A DNA stretch of 63,709 bases, the filler included, from a candidate division WOR-3 bacterium (GTDB lineage: Bacteria > SDB-A), in NCBI GenBank assembly GCA_016934535.1. It is 9 parts of 8 records of this genome, joined end to end, with 100 filler letters (N's around TTAATTAATTAA, not from the genome) between each part and the next. Parts side by side here need not be neighbours in the genome. Positions count along the whole stretch, not along the records: positions 46,351 to 48,691 come from JAFGSQ010000019.1; positions 48,792 to 53,322 come from JAFGSQ010000019.1; positions 53,423 to 57,922 come from JAFGSQ010000020.1; 6 more parts are not named here. One strand, 5' to 3'. Numbering within the stretch: position 1 is the stretch's first letter; every line of letters begins with the position of its first letter. The notes beneath the pieces are model-generated. The model was not told the DNA's origin, made no database searches, and saw only the letters and a program-made list of their open reading frames with translations. Below, piece after piece: positions 47,832 to 58,022 of the stretch. The translations under genes were made by a program, and so were the position numbers.

Positions 47832-48691
47832 ATGAAAGGATACAAATTGAAAGTTCGAGCTAGAGGTGAGCAGGTCCGTCGATTTATTATAGAGAATGTA
47901 GAGAAATATCCAAAAAATATTGCTAAGTTAACAGCCAGAAAATTCAATGTCTCCCGCCAAGCAGTTAATAAACATATACAAAATCTTGTCCTTGAAGGAA
48001 TTGTTTCGGTTCAAGGAAGCACGCGTAGCAGAACATATAAACTACGCTCCTTGGATCAATGGGATAAAACATTTCAGATTGTTCCAGGGCTGGCAGAAGA
48101 TGTTGTCTGGAGAACAGATATATTACCATCTCTAGGTAACCTGCCTGGGAATATTATTGATATTTGGCATTATGGATTTACGGAGATGTTTAATAATGCA
48201 ATCGATCATTCTGCAGGTACTTTGATTTACATACAACTTACAAAAACAGCGGCAGGCACAGAAATGATATTATCAGATAACGGGATTGGGATATTCAGGA
48301 AAATTCAAACTGAATTAAATCTTCTTGATGAACGCCATGCGATTTTGGAATTGTCAAAAGGTAAACTGACTACAGATCCAGCAAACCATACTGGAGAAGG
48401 TATTTTTTTTACTTCCAGAATGTTTGATGATTTTATTATTTTATCCGGAGGTGTTTATTTCTCACATAAATATGGTAACGAGGAAGATTGGATACTTGAA
48501 CTTGATAAATTTTCTTCAGGAACAACAGTTTTTATGCTTTTGCATAATCATACATCTCGAACTCTTAAAAAGGTCTTTAATCAATTCACATCAGATGACG
48601 ATTTGGGATTTTCAAAAACAATCGTTCCCGTTCGCTTAGCACAATATGGCGATGATAAACTAGTCTCCCGTTCACAGGCCAAAAGGCTATT
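47832..48691 (+). CDS. wHTH + HATPase + STAS-like (DUF4325) protein, 3' truncated
   Basis: FNVSRQAVNKHI HTH, TEMFNNAIDHS N-box, DNGIGIF, HTGEGIFFTSR and LVSRSQAKRL. Confidence 0.85.
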
Positions 48692-48791
48692 NNNNNNNNN
48701 NNNNNNNNNNNNNNNNNNNNNNNNNNNNNNNNNNNTTAATTAATTAANNNNNNNNNNNNNNNNNNNNNNNNNNNNNNNNNNNNNNNNNNNN
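48692..48791. other. Artificial contig spacer
   Basis: N-run + TTAATTAATTAA + N-run. Confidence 0.98.
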
Positions 48792-49423
48792 AGAGAATTA
48801 TATCTTGTCACGAAAGGTTCGGCGAACGCCCCTCCGTAAACCGGCTGGAGAACAGGAGTTTCCACTTCGAGAAATCCGAGCGAATCGAGTTTTTTTCTTA
48901 TGGTTTTCACAATTCTGCTTCTCGCTTTGATTTTTTCCCTCGTTCCGGGAGTCGATATAAAATCGAGGTATCTCTGTCTGTATCTCGTCTCCGGGTCTTT
49001 CAGACCGTGAAATTTTTCGGGCAGGTTCATGAGCGATTTTGATAAAAACAGCCAATTCGAAACCCTCAGAGTTTTTTCTCCTGTTTTGGTTTTCATGAGA
49101 GTACCGCCGACTCCTATAAAATCTCCGACGTCGGTTTTTTTAAAGCCTTCAAAGCTCTCTTCTCCGAGCGCGTCGAGTTGTAAATAAAGCTGAATAGAGC
49201 CGGTGGAGTCGGCGATGTTTGAGAAAACACTTTTGCCGTGACCTCTTATGGACATCAATCTCCCGGCAATGGAGATTTTCACGCTGTTTTCCGCAATTGC
49301 ATCGAATTCCTCGAGTAATATTTTCACGTCGTGGCTTTTTTCGAATGAGTACGGATAAGGATTTATGCCCGACTTGATGAGTTCTTCTCTTTTTGTCTTT
49401 CTTATTTCATATTCACTGCTCAC
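48792..49423 (-). CDS. lysS: Lysyl-tRNA synthetase (class II), 3' truncated
   Basis: GINPYP, AGRLMSIRGHGK, LPEKFHGLKDPETRYRQRYLD and FLEVETP. Confidence 0.96.
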
Positions 49424-50533
49424 TTTTTTTCTCCTGAAATATTTTTTTCTCCTGAATAAAGCAAATAGCTCCTTATGAAAGCGTCGATCTCGCCTTCCAT
49501 GACTTTCTGCACGTCCGATGTCTCGTGTCCCGTTCTGTGATCCTTCACCTGAGTGTAAGGAGTGAAAACATAGCTTCTGATTTGATGACCCCAGGCTATG
49601 TCGGTCTTCTGGTTTTCCAGCACCGATTTTTTCTTCTGTTCTTCCTCCAGCATTTTCTGATATATCCTGGATTTTAAAATTTTCATCGCGTTTTGTCTGT
49701 TGAGTATCTGGCTTCTCTCGCTTTGGGACTGGACAATTATTCCTGTCGGGACGTGCGTTATCCTGACTGCCGTGCTGACTTTATTTACGTTCTGTCCTCC
49801 GGGGCCGGAGCTTCTGAAAAAATCGAGTTTTAAGTCTTTCTCGACTATCTCGACTTCAATTTTGTCGTCGACAAGCGGATAAACGAAAACGGAAACGAAA
49901 GAAGTGTGTCGTCTGTGGTTCGCGTCAAAAGGGGATATCCTTACAAGTCTGTGAATTCCCCTCTCGCATTTAATGAATCCGTATGCACTTTCGTGATCTA
50001 TTTCTATGGTCACGTCTTTTATACCCGCTTCTTCACCTTCTTGAATATCAACTATTTTGTATTTCCACTCATGTCTTTCCAGATATTTGATGTACATTTT
50101 CATAAGCAAACCCGCCCAGTCGCACGACTCTGTGCCTCCGGCTCCAGGATGGACGGTCAGTATGGCTCCGAGCTGGTCTTCTTCGCCGTTCAGCGCGTTT
50201 TCCATTTCAATTTCGCTTATCTCATCTTCCGCCTTCCCGATCTCCAGGGAAATCTCGTCAAGATCTTCATCCGAAACAGATTCGGTGAGTTCCAGGAGAG
50301 TTTCGAGATCGACGGTCACTTTTTCGAACCTGCCGACTACTTTTTCATCAGAGTTCAGTTTTTTCGACAATTCTCTCGCGTTATGAAGATCGTTCCAGAC
50401 GCCCGGTTCCAGAAGCTTTTTCTGGACTTCTGTTATGTTCTCCTTCCTCCTGGAGATATCAAAGAAACCTCCCGAGTTCTTCTTTCTTTTTGTTCAGCGA
50501 ATTTATTGTCTCTTTTATTTCTTTTCTGGTCAT
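49420..50533 (-). CDS. prfB: Peptide chain release factor 2 with programmed +1 frameshift
   Basis: ORF0 MTRKEIKE...LGRFL* from 50533, shift site CTT TGA T, then the +1 frame with SPF and GGQ motifs. Confidence 0.96.
50458..50473 (-). promoter_or_regulatory. prfB frameshift cassette
   Basis: GGGAGG-TTT-CTTTGAT on the minus strand (internal SD, 3-nt spacer, slippery codon and stop). Confidence 0.93.
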
Positions 50534-50587
50534 TATTTCTCCTGATAGTAAATGGTTTTTTATTTAGGAAGATGTTATTATTACAAA

Positions 50588-50851
50588 ATGAATTTCGCGG
50601 CAAAGATACTTGTATTATCCGGTGTCATACTCGCAGTGACGGGAGTTATACTTCTTGTGTTCAAAAAGACTCCTTTTTGGGGACTCCCCGGCTACTTGAG
50701 ATTTTCCTACAAATCCTGCGTCTGTTTTTTCCCGATAACTTCGTGCGTATTGATTTCATTAATTTTATCTTTGTTGTTATTTTTTTTTGCAGAAAATGAA
50801 AATATTATGAAAATACTCGACTTCGAAAGATTTTTCAAGCTCAAATTATAA
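50588..50851 (+). CDS. DUF2905 family small membrane protein
   Basis: TM-GLPG...FFPITSCVLISLILSLL pattern. Confidence 0.7.
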   Translation: MNFAAKILVLSGVILAVTGVILLVFKKTPFWGLPGYLRFSYKSCVCFFPITSCVLISLILSLLLFFFAENENIMKILDFERFFKLKL

Positions 50852-50885
50852 CAAGTAATATGATTTTAATCGATATTTATTTTTT

Positions 50886-52028
50886 ATGAAAATATGTTAT
50901 CTGACTCATAATTATCCCAGATACGATGGCGATTATTCAGGTCTGCCATTTAAACACATAACCCACGCGCTCGCAGAAAAAGATTATCAGTTTACAATCA
51001 TCACGCCACATGCTGAAAATCTTCCGGAATACGAAAAACGCAAAAATGTCGAGATCATCAGATTCAGATATTCTACCAGAGAAAGCATAGCATATACGGG
51101 TAAAATGCAGAAATTTTTTAAAAATCCTCTTTATTGGAACGAGTTTTTTTCGTTTTTTAAAAAGTTTTACTTTAGTTCGAGAAACGCCGGAAATATATTC
51201 GACTTACTGCATTGTCATTGGATGATCCCGGCCGGCTTGATAGGAAAAATTATTCCTTGCAGAAAGAAATTACTGAGTCTTCACGGATCAGATGTCAGAT
51301 TCACATCTTATTATAAACTTGACAGATTCGCTGAATATCTTTTTTCTGACTACGATTTGATATTACCTGTTTCAAAATTCCTCGAGGAAACTGCCAGGAA
51401 ATGGGTCGATAAACAAAAGCTTGTGACCGCACCGTTTATTACAAACATTGATAATTTTATATACAAACCCGCTGATAATTTCATGAAACCTTTACGCTTA
51501 CTGACAGTATCAAGGCTCTCAAAACAAAAAAATCTGTCCGTCCCGATCGAAGCCGTGAAAAGACTTGTTGATGAAGGGTATAAACTGACATATACAATAA
51601 TAGGCGATGGTGAGGAAAAAGAATCTCTGTTAAATCAGGTTAAGAATCTTGATTTAACTGCCATCGTTGAATTTAAAGGATTAATAAACCACAGAGAAAT
51701 TCCGCGATTGATGAAAGATTATTCCGTGTGTCTTATCCCCTCTTTCGATGAAGGTTTTGGTATTTCGGTAATTGAAGCTCGGCTTGCGGGCAGACTTGTC
51801 ATAGGATCAGATTCAGGAAATGTCAAATATATAATCAAAGACGGAAAAACAGGTATAAAATTCAACCCGTATTCAGCTGAAGATCTTGTCCGGAAAATTA
51901 AAACGGTTTTTAATGACCCCAAAAGAGCAATAAAAATTGCTCAAGATTCAAACACCGAGGCTGTTAAATTATATAAGTTTGAAAATCAAATAAACACATG
52001 GAATAATATTTATTCAAAATTCAAATAG
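50886..52028 (+). CDS. Glycosyltransferase family 4 protein
   Basis: HCHWMIPAG, LHGSDV, VSRLSKQKN, IGDG and EGFGISVIEA. Confidence 0.92.
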   Translation: MKICYLTHNYPRYDGDYSGLPFKHITHALAEKDYQFTIITPHAENLPEYEKRKNVEIIRFRYSTRESIAYTGKMQKFFKNPLYWNEFFSFFKKFYFSSRNAGNIFDLLHCHWMIPAGLIGKIIPCRKKLLSLHGSDVRFTSYYKLDRFAEYLFSDYDLILPVSKFLEETARKWVDKQKLVTAPFITNIDNFIYKPADNFMKPLRLLTVSRLSKQKNLSVPIEAVKRLVDEGYKLTYTIIGDGEEKESLLNQVKNLDLTAIVEFKGLINHREIPRLMKDYSVCLIPSFDEGFGISVIEARLAGRLVIGSDSGNVKYIIKDGKTGIKFNPYSAEDLVRKIKTVFNDPKRAIKIAQDSNTEAVKLYKFENQINTWNNIYSKFK

Positions 52029-52360
52029 TGTATTTATTCATTACACTTTTTGTGTTGTTTGAAAAATAAACATTGTTTCCGTTTACTCTCCTTAAAAAAT
52101 ACATAGAAAAAATTTATCCGGTTAATCAATTGATTAGTTTTCTCAATATGAATATTTCTGGAAATAAGATTTTTAGCAAATTGCCTAAAAAAATCTGTCG
52201 ATTCGCAATTTGCATAAGATATAAAATTATGTAATTCTGCAATTTACATATTATTAAACGTAAATCAACTGCTTGTGTATGTTTTAATATCGGACATTAA
52301 TGGCATTGTTGTTGCTTAAATAACCTGTTAAGTAAATTAAATGTAATTTAAGGAGGAAAT

Positions 52361-53322
52361 ATGAAAAGCAATGCTAAGATCATTTTTTGGACGATTTTGT
52401 TTTTGAATTGTCACATTCAAGCTCAATACGATCCAAAATTGGACTCAATTCCATGGTTTGATACATGTTTTGTTCCGACTTATGACGGATCAAATGAAGC
52501 CGTCCATCCAGATGTAATATATTTCAAGGACGGTTTCACAATACAGGATTCGACAATACATTTTTTAATGGTCATGACGCCGTATCCAAATTTTTCAAGA
52601 GAATTAGAAAATCCAAGCGTTGTCTACAGCTGTGATGGATATCATTTTTACGAATGGCCGCAAATTCATACAAATCCTTTGGCTTTTCCAAATGGCAGTT
52701 ACAACAACGACCCGGACATGATTTGGGATGCAGAATATGAATCTTTATATATAATTTATCAAGAAACTGAAAGTTCAAAAAAATGGCAGGATATAAAACT
52801 TTTAACCAACGATTCAACAATATCGAATAACACCCTCCCGAGAACTATATTACACTATCAAGCCGATACTAGTCAGACTTGGAAAGACTCGATATTTACC
52901 GTATCTCCAAGTCTTCTTCCGTATTCAGACACTCTGTTCATGTTTTATGTCCACTTGATGAATACATCATCAGAAAAAAAAGAAGATGCGGATTGGACTT
53001 CAAGCCGAATTGAAATTCTCAAAAGCACTGAAGGAATACATCAATGGAATAAAGATGATACAATCCATGCCATTTTACATGATAAACCGGCGGGTCTGTT
53101 CATCTGGCATATAAATGTTTTTGACGGGCAGGATGGTTGGTTTTATATGCTTTGCAACGGATACGAAGGTTCTTTTTGGAATAATCATAATTTGTACATT
53201 GCAAGAAGCACGAATCTTCTTGACTGGTATTTTTTCGATGATCCAATACTTATTGAAAACGACCCGTTTTTCAACAATGATTGCATGGGAGTTTACAGAA
53301 GTTCGGGATTAATTAATAAAGA
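52361..53322 (+). CDS. Exported beta-propeller (glycosyl-hydrolase-like) protein, 3' truncated
   Basis: AAGGAGG RBS, signal peptide, PTYDGSNEAVHPDV, TPYP...ENPS, NDPD, WH and ARSTNLLDW. Confidence 0.65.
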
Positions 53323-53422
53323 NNNNNNNNNNNNNNNNNNNNNNNNNNNNNNNNNNNNNNNNNNNNTTAATTAATTAANNNNNNNNNNNNNNNNNNNNNN
53401 NNNNNNNNNNNNNNNNNNNNNN
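53323..53422. other. Artificial contig spacer
   Basis: N-run + TTAATTAATTAA + N-run. Confidence 0.98.
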
Positions 53423-53454
53423 CGCTTTACGAAATCCGGCACAAGGTTTTTCAT
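53423..53454 (-). CDS. Start of a probable paralog of the adjacent cyclase-ATPase-TPR gene
   Basis: MKNLVPDFVK versus MANLVPFFIK. Confidence 0.6.
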
Positions 53455-53520
53455 ATCTGATCAAACAAAAATAATATTGGTTTTATCTCCGAAGAATCGA
53501 GCGGTTTTTCTGAATCAGAG

Positions 53521-56500
53521 CTATTCATTTATTGAAGCGAAATTTTTAACTATTTCCCTTATATTTTCAAGATATATCCTGTATTCGTATTTCGGCACGG
53601 AAGAATATAAGTCTACGAAGATTTTGTAGGCTTTTTCAGCGAAGTCTTTTTTTTCAGTAAGTTTGTACAGGTCGAAAAAAGCCGACGCTTTAATGAATTT
53701 ATCTTCAGCGGTTTCGGCTATTGATTCGAGAAGGGATAGATTTTCATTTACTGACAAACCTTTTTTTATTTCAATTTTAAGCCGGAGCAATTCGCAAGAA
53801 ACCTCAAATGCGGGGTTGTTAAGATTTTTGGAGATTTCCATTGCCTCCGACAACGCTTTCACAGATTCATCGTATTTACCGCATTCGTAAAGGACGTCGG
53901 TTTTCTGGGCGAGGCTGTAACAAAGGTAATAGTTCAGCCTTGAAGTCCTGGAAAGGTCAATCGATTTTTCGTAGTAACCGAGAGCTTCGTCGTAAATTCC
54001 AAGATATTTCTTTATGTCGGCAATGTTTATATAATTAATGGCGAGGTTTCTGTTGTTTCCGATTTCTCTGTTGATTTCACAGCAATCTTCAAATATCTTT
54101 TGAGCAGATTCGAGCTGTCCGAGGTCCTTCTTTATGACGCCCAGATTGCACTTCACAAGAACCGTTCCCGCTCTGTCGCCTATCCTGCTTTTAAGTTCTA
54201 GGCTTCTCTCGTAATATTTTTCGGCTTCGGAAAACCTGTTTGTCGAATGGTATATTCCCCCAAGATTGAGAAGAACGAGAGATTTGACCTTAAGGTCGTC
54301 TGTCTGAGAACAGATTTCGAGAGCCTGCAAAGCTTTTTCGAGAGCTTCTTCTAGTTCTTTCTTTTCTGAATGAATGATTGAAATATTGTTTAAAACTTTT
54401 GAAAGCTCTTTTTTGTCGGAGGTCTCGTTTAAAATTCTCTCGCATTTTTCGAAAAAAACAAGAGCTTCGTCGTATTCTCCTTTCCTGTAATGAAGAAGAC
54501 CCAAATCGTTGTTGGCGAGGAATATTAGTTTGGCGTCTTTGACGATTTCAGCGAGGCGAAGCGCTCTTTTCGCGTAGCTGAAGGATTTTTTTGAGTCTCC
54601 TGTCCTCCTGAAAAGAGAAGAAAGCGATTCAAGATTTTCTGAGTATTCACGGATCATCCTGTTTTTGTAAGCTTTCTTGAGGGCTTCTCTGAAAGTGTGG
54701 GACGATTCGTCCCATTTTCCGAGATTTTTCTGAGCGGAACCTTTCATGAAAAGAATTTCAATGCTGGTTTTCGGATCTTTTTCGCAGGGAATGTTTCCGG
54801 CGTTTTCGAGGAAACGAAGAGCCCTGTTCTCGTGATAGTTTTCTTGAAGAAATTTTGCCGTTTTAAGAAAATACTCGAGGGCTTTTTCCCTGAAACCCGA
54901 TCTGGCGAAGTGGTCGGATATCTCCTCAAAGTACGACGAATCGTCGACGTGGTTTTTTTCAAGAAAATTTGCCGCCGAAAAGTGGACTTTATGAAGAAAA
55001 CTTTTCAATTGAGCGCCGTATATGGCGTCTTTAATAAGCGGATTTGTGAAGAAAAAAGATCCGTCGTCGGATTCAAGAAAATTGTGTTTTTCGCAAAGCG
55101 AGATGGTTTTTATTGCGTCTATCTCGGGAAAATGCTCTTTTAAAATCGCGAGCAACATTTCTTTTGGAAAGTTTTGCCCGAGAACTGACGCCACCCTGAG
55201 CGAGTCCCTGACGTCGGAATCGAGATTGTCGAATCTTGCCAGTATTATGTGTTCGATTTCCGAAGGCACTGCCTGGTCGAGTTTGTCGTCGGCTTCTGTC
55301 TGAAGGGGCAGTTCTGTCGACTTGTAGGACAGAAAAAGAGCCATGTTCTCAATGAAAAGTGGATTGCCCCCCGATTTTGCTATCATAGTATAGAGATAAG
55401 ATTTTCTGAACCTGCTCATCCTGTTTTCTATTCTGAACGCTTTGCAGAAAGAGGAGAAATAGTCTCTGCTTTGCTGGGGATCGAGTGGCGCTATCCTGAT
55501 GTTGTGAACTTCTCCGTAATCTCCGAAGAGAATTGAAGTAAAAGGTTCAATGGTCCGGGTTTCAAGTACGAGCATGAAAGGTAATTTCCTGGATTTGCTG
55601 AAAAGAGTCTCAAAAACGAAGAGTGAGTCCTCGTCAATCTGCGATGCTGAGGTAACTTCGGCGATGACGGGTTTTACAAAGGATTCGGCGGACAGCAGTT
55701 CTAGAAGAGATGAAACTATATTATCGTATTTTTCTTTCGGTTCGTAAAAACTGAGTTCCTCGGTGAATTTTTTCAAACCGGCGAGATAACCGAGCCATTT
55801 GTACTTGTATTCAATGCTTTTGATGAATTCGCTGTTTTTTCCGCAGAGTTCCGCCAGTTTGTTTTTCAGGCTGAATATTTTGTCTTCAAAGCGAACCAGA
55901 GCGAAGGCTTCGCTGTCGTTTTCCGAGATGCTGAAATAATCTCTCAAAAACCTTACGAAGGGTTGGAACGGCTTTCTGAGACCGTCTTCGCAAGGCAGTC
56001 TAAATATGTTGTATTTCTCTTTTACAATATTGTTTTTGAATTCGTCTATGAGTTTGGTCTTGCCTATACCGGGATCCCCCGTGATACAGACAGTGCCCCA
56101 AAAATCGCCTTCCCTGTGTTTTTTCGCCAGTTCGAGAAATTTTTTCAGTTCTTCTTTTCTGCCTGTCATTTCAATTTTTTCGAATCTGATAAGGTCTTCC
56201 GGTTTTTTTTTCGAAATGAGGGTATAACGTTCAGGCACCGCCGTTTCATGGCCGTTGGAAAGCTCGGAAATTTTAAGAAGGTTAAAATCGGTTTTGATCC
56301 TGTTGTATATTGTTTCGTCGGTGAGGATTTCTCCCCAAAAAGCTTTTTCGGCGAGTTTTGATGAAGAATTGACGCATTTTCCGAGAGCGGTGTATTCAGA
56401 TCTCATCTCAGAACCTATTATACCGCAAAAAGCCTTCCCGTATGATATGCCGGCGCGGAAATCGAGCAAATTGATTTTCGCGAGAGACAAGGCAAAATCG

Positions 56501-57375
56501 GCGGCTTTTTCGAGAGGTTTTTCAGTTTCCGCCGGAGCTCCGAATAAAACGAGAAGAGAGAGACCTTTATCGCCGGATTCTGCTTTGTTGAAGTATCCTC
56601 CGTATTGTTCTATCAGCTGTATTATTCTTCCGATGTGCGTTCTGAATAATTCAGGCTTTTTTAGCAGAATGTAGCAAGATACTACATTTCTCAGTTCCCC
56701 GTCCCGTGCGGCTCTGAAAACATTGCCGTCTGTCCATCCCGCATCAGGTAATTGCTTATCCAAGACGGCGGCAGGGCAGGGAGGTTCTTTTTCCAGGGCT
56801 TTTCCTGTGTCGAGAACTAATTTTGAACCTGTTTTGACGAAAACATACTCCGGGACTTCATCGAGTTTCAAAAAATCTATGTCAAGAACAATTTCTCCGC
56901 TTTCGGCTTTGCTCTTGAAATATGCCGCTCTGTCAATTGAATCGCCTTCGAAAAAAAAGACTTTCTGCGAGCAGGTTTCGGCTATTTCCCAGGAAAGCCT
57001 GCCGCAGGAAATGCCGGCTTTGAATGGAAGCTTGAAAAGCCCGTTGGTTGAGACGTCCCGGTTCAGAAGTGAGACTGCCCTGAGAACAGTTTTCAAGCCG
57101 AATTTCTTTTTGTCGAAAGCGGCGGCGAAGCCGTCGCCCGAGAAAGTAAATACAAATCCCCCGTGAGCGTGAATAATATCTACGGAAGGCCGGAATATCG
57201 AGGAGACGAGGTCTTTGAGAGTCTCGCAGTTGCTGTCGCCGCTCTTCAAAAGAGACTCGGTCAGGCCTGAAAAACCCGAAAGATCAGTGAGCAGAATGTA
57301 TGCCTGCATCTCGCCTCTCTTTTCACCGCAAGCAAACTTTTCCTTTATGAAAAAAGGGACAAGATTGGCCATCAA
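53521..57375 (-). CDS. Class III nucleotide cyclase x2 + STAND-type ATPase + TPR protein
   Basis: TDLSGFSGLTESL, FSGDG, GDKG and EYTALGKCVN; Walker A GDPGIGKT; GGNPLF; many TPRs. Confidence 0.9.
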   Translation of the reverse strand: MMANLVPFFIKEKFACGEKRGEMQAYILLTDLSGFSGLTESLLKSGDSNCETLKDLVSSIFRPSVDIIHAHGGFVFTFSGDGFAAAFDKKKFGLKTVLRAVSLLNRDVSTNGLFKLPFKAGISCGRLSWEIAETCSQKVFFFEGDSIDRAAYFKSKAESGEIVLDIDFLKLDEVPEYVFVKTGSKLVLDTGKALEKEPPCPAAVLDKQLPDAGWTDGNVFRAARDGELRNVVSCYILLKKPELFRTHIGRIIQLIEQYGGYFNKAESGDKGLSLLVLFGAPAETEKPLEKAADFALSLAKINLLDFRAGISYGKAFCGIIGSEMRSEYTALGKCVNSSSKLAEKAFWGEILTDETIYNRIKTDFNLLKISELSNGHETAVPERYTLISKKKPEDLIRFEKIEMTGRKEELKKFLELAKKHREGDFWGTVCITGDPGIGKTKLIDEFKNNIVKEKYNIFRLPCEDGLRKPFQPFVRFLRDYFSISENDSEAFALVRFEDKIFSLKNKLAELCGKNSEFIKSIEYKYKWLGYLAGLKKFTEELSFYEPKEKYDNIVSSLLELLSAESFVKPVIAEVTSASQIDEDSLFVFETLFSKSRKLPFMLVLETRTIEPFTSILFGDYGEVHNIRIAPLDPQQSRDYFSSFCKAFRIENRMSRFRKSYLYTMIAKSGGNPLFIENMALFLSYKSTELPLQTEADDKLDQAVPSEIEHIILARFDNLDSDVRDSLRVASVLGQNFPKEMLLAILKEHFPEIDAIKTISLCEKHNFLESDDGSFFFTNPLIKDAIYGAQLKSFLHKVHFSAANFLEKNHVDDSSYFEEISDHFARSGFREKALEYFLKTAKFLQENYHENRALRFLENAGNIPCEKDPKTSIEILFMKGSAQKNLGKWDESSHTFREALKKAYKNRMIREYSENLESLSSLFRRTGDSKKSFSYAKRALRLAEIVKDAKLIFLANNDLGLLHYRKGEYDEALVFFEKCERILNETSDKKELSKVLNNISIIHSEKKELEEALEKALQALEICSQTDDLKVKSLVLLNLGGIYHSTNRFSEAEKYYERSLELKSRIGDRAGTVLVKCNLGVIKKDLGQLESAQKIFEDCCEINREIGNNRNLAINYINIADIKKYLGIYDEALGYYEKSIDLSRTSRLNYYLCYSLAQKTDVLYECGKYDESVKALSEAMEISKNLNNPAFEVSCELLRLKIEIKKGLSVNENLSLLESIAETAEDKFIKASAFFDLYKLTEKKDFAEKAYKIFVDLYSSVPKYEYRIYLENIREIVKNFASINE

Positions 57376-57411
57376 ATAATCAGGTTGCGATTTTTAAGAT
57401 ATTACTTAAAT

Positions 57412-57792
57412 TCAGTCCGCTTCTTCTCGGTCTATACAGGGCGGCAAACCTGGCATTGTTTCCGGTGTCATTATGTCGGAGACTTTTTTGTCGGGAAGAG
57501 AAGGGGAAACCTGATAAGGGCTGGTTTGGAAGTATTCGCCCTCGCATTCAAAAACAGTGAAGAATTCGAAGTTATCGTAGACGTCCCCCCATTGGATATC
57601 CACGGTCATGCCTTTGTTTTCAGTCTCCGTGCCGGTTATGTTTACAACCGTTCCCATGGCGAGAGTTACTGAGGTGTCGGAACTGATTATTATTTCTTCG
57701 GGAAAATGGAATAGGTGTAATGACCAGCCGTTTCCGATCAGCACAGCAGGGACAAGAGATAGAAGAAGTAATGTTTTAACAGCATTCATCAT
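57412..57792 (-). CDS. Hypothetical exported protein
   Basis: AAGGAGG RBS before the ATG at 57792; signal peptide. Confidence 0.65.
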   Translation of the reverse strand: MMNAVKTLLLLSLVPAVLIGNGWSLHLFHFPEEIIISSDTSVTLAMGTVVNITGTETENKGMTVDIQWGDVYDNFEFFTVFECEGEYFQTSPYQVSPSLPDKKVSDIMTPETMPGLPPCIDREEAD

Positions 57793-57922
57793 CTCGACCT
57801 CCTTAAAAGTTCTGATATAATTATCCTGCGACAAATCAAAAGATGTCAAGAGTTAACTGCATTTATTATTTTCAGAACCCGCTTTGTTCAGGTCTTGAAA
57901 TGAACCAGTGACCGTTTTCAAA

Positions 57923-58022
57923 NNNNNNNNNNNNNNNNNNNNNNNNNNNNNNNNNNNNNNNNNNNNTTAATTAATTAANNNNNNNNNNNNNNNNNNNNNN
58001 NNNNNNNNNNNNNNNNNNNNNN
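57923..58022. other. Artificial contig spacer
   Basis: N-run + TTAATTAATTAA + N-run. Confidence 0.98.

Noticed and set aside
49906-50799. 297-aa plus-strand ORF
   Set aside because: Antisense shadow of prfB with no recognisable motifs.
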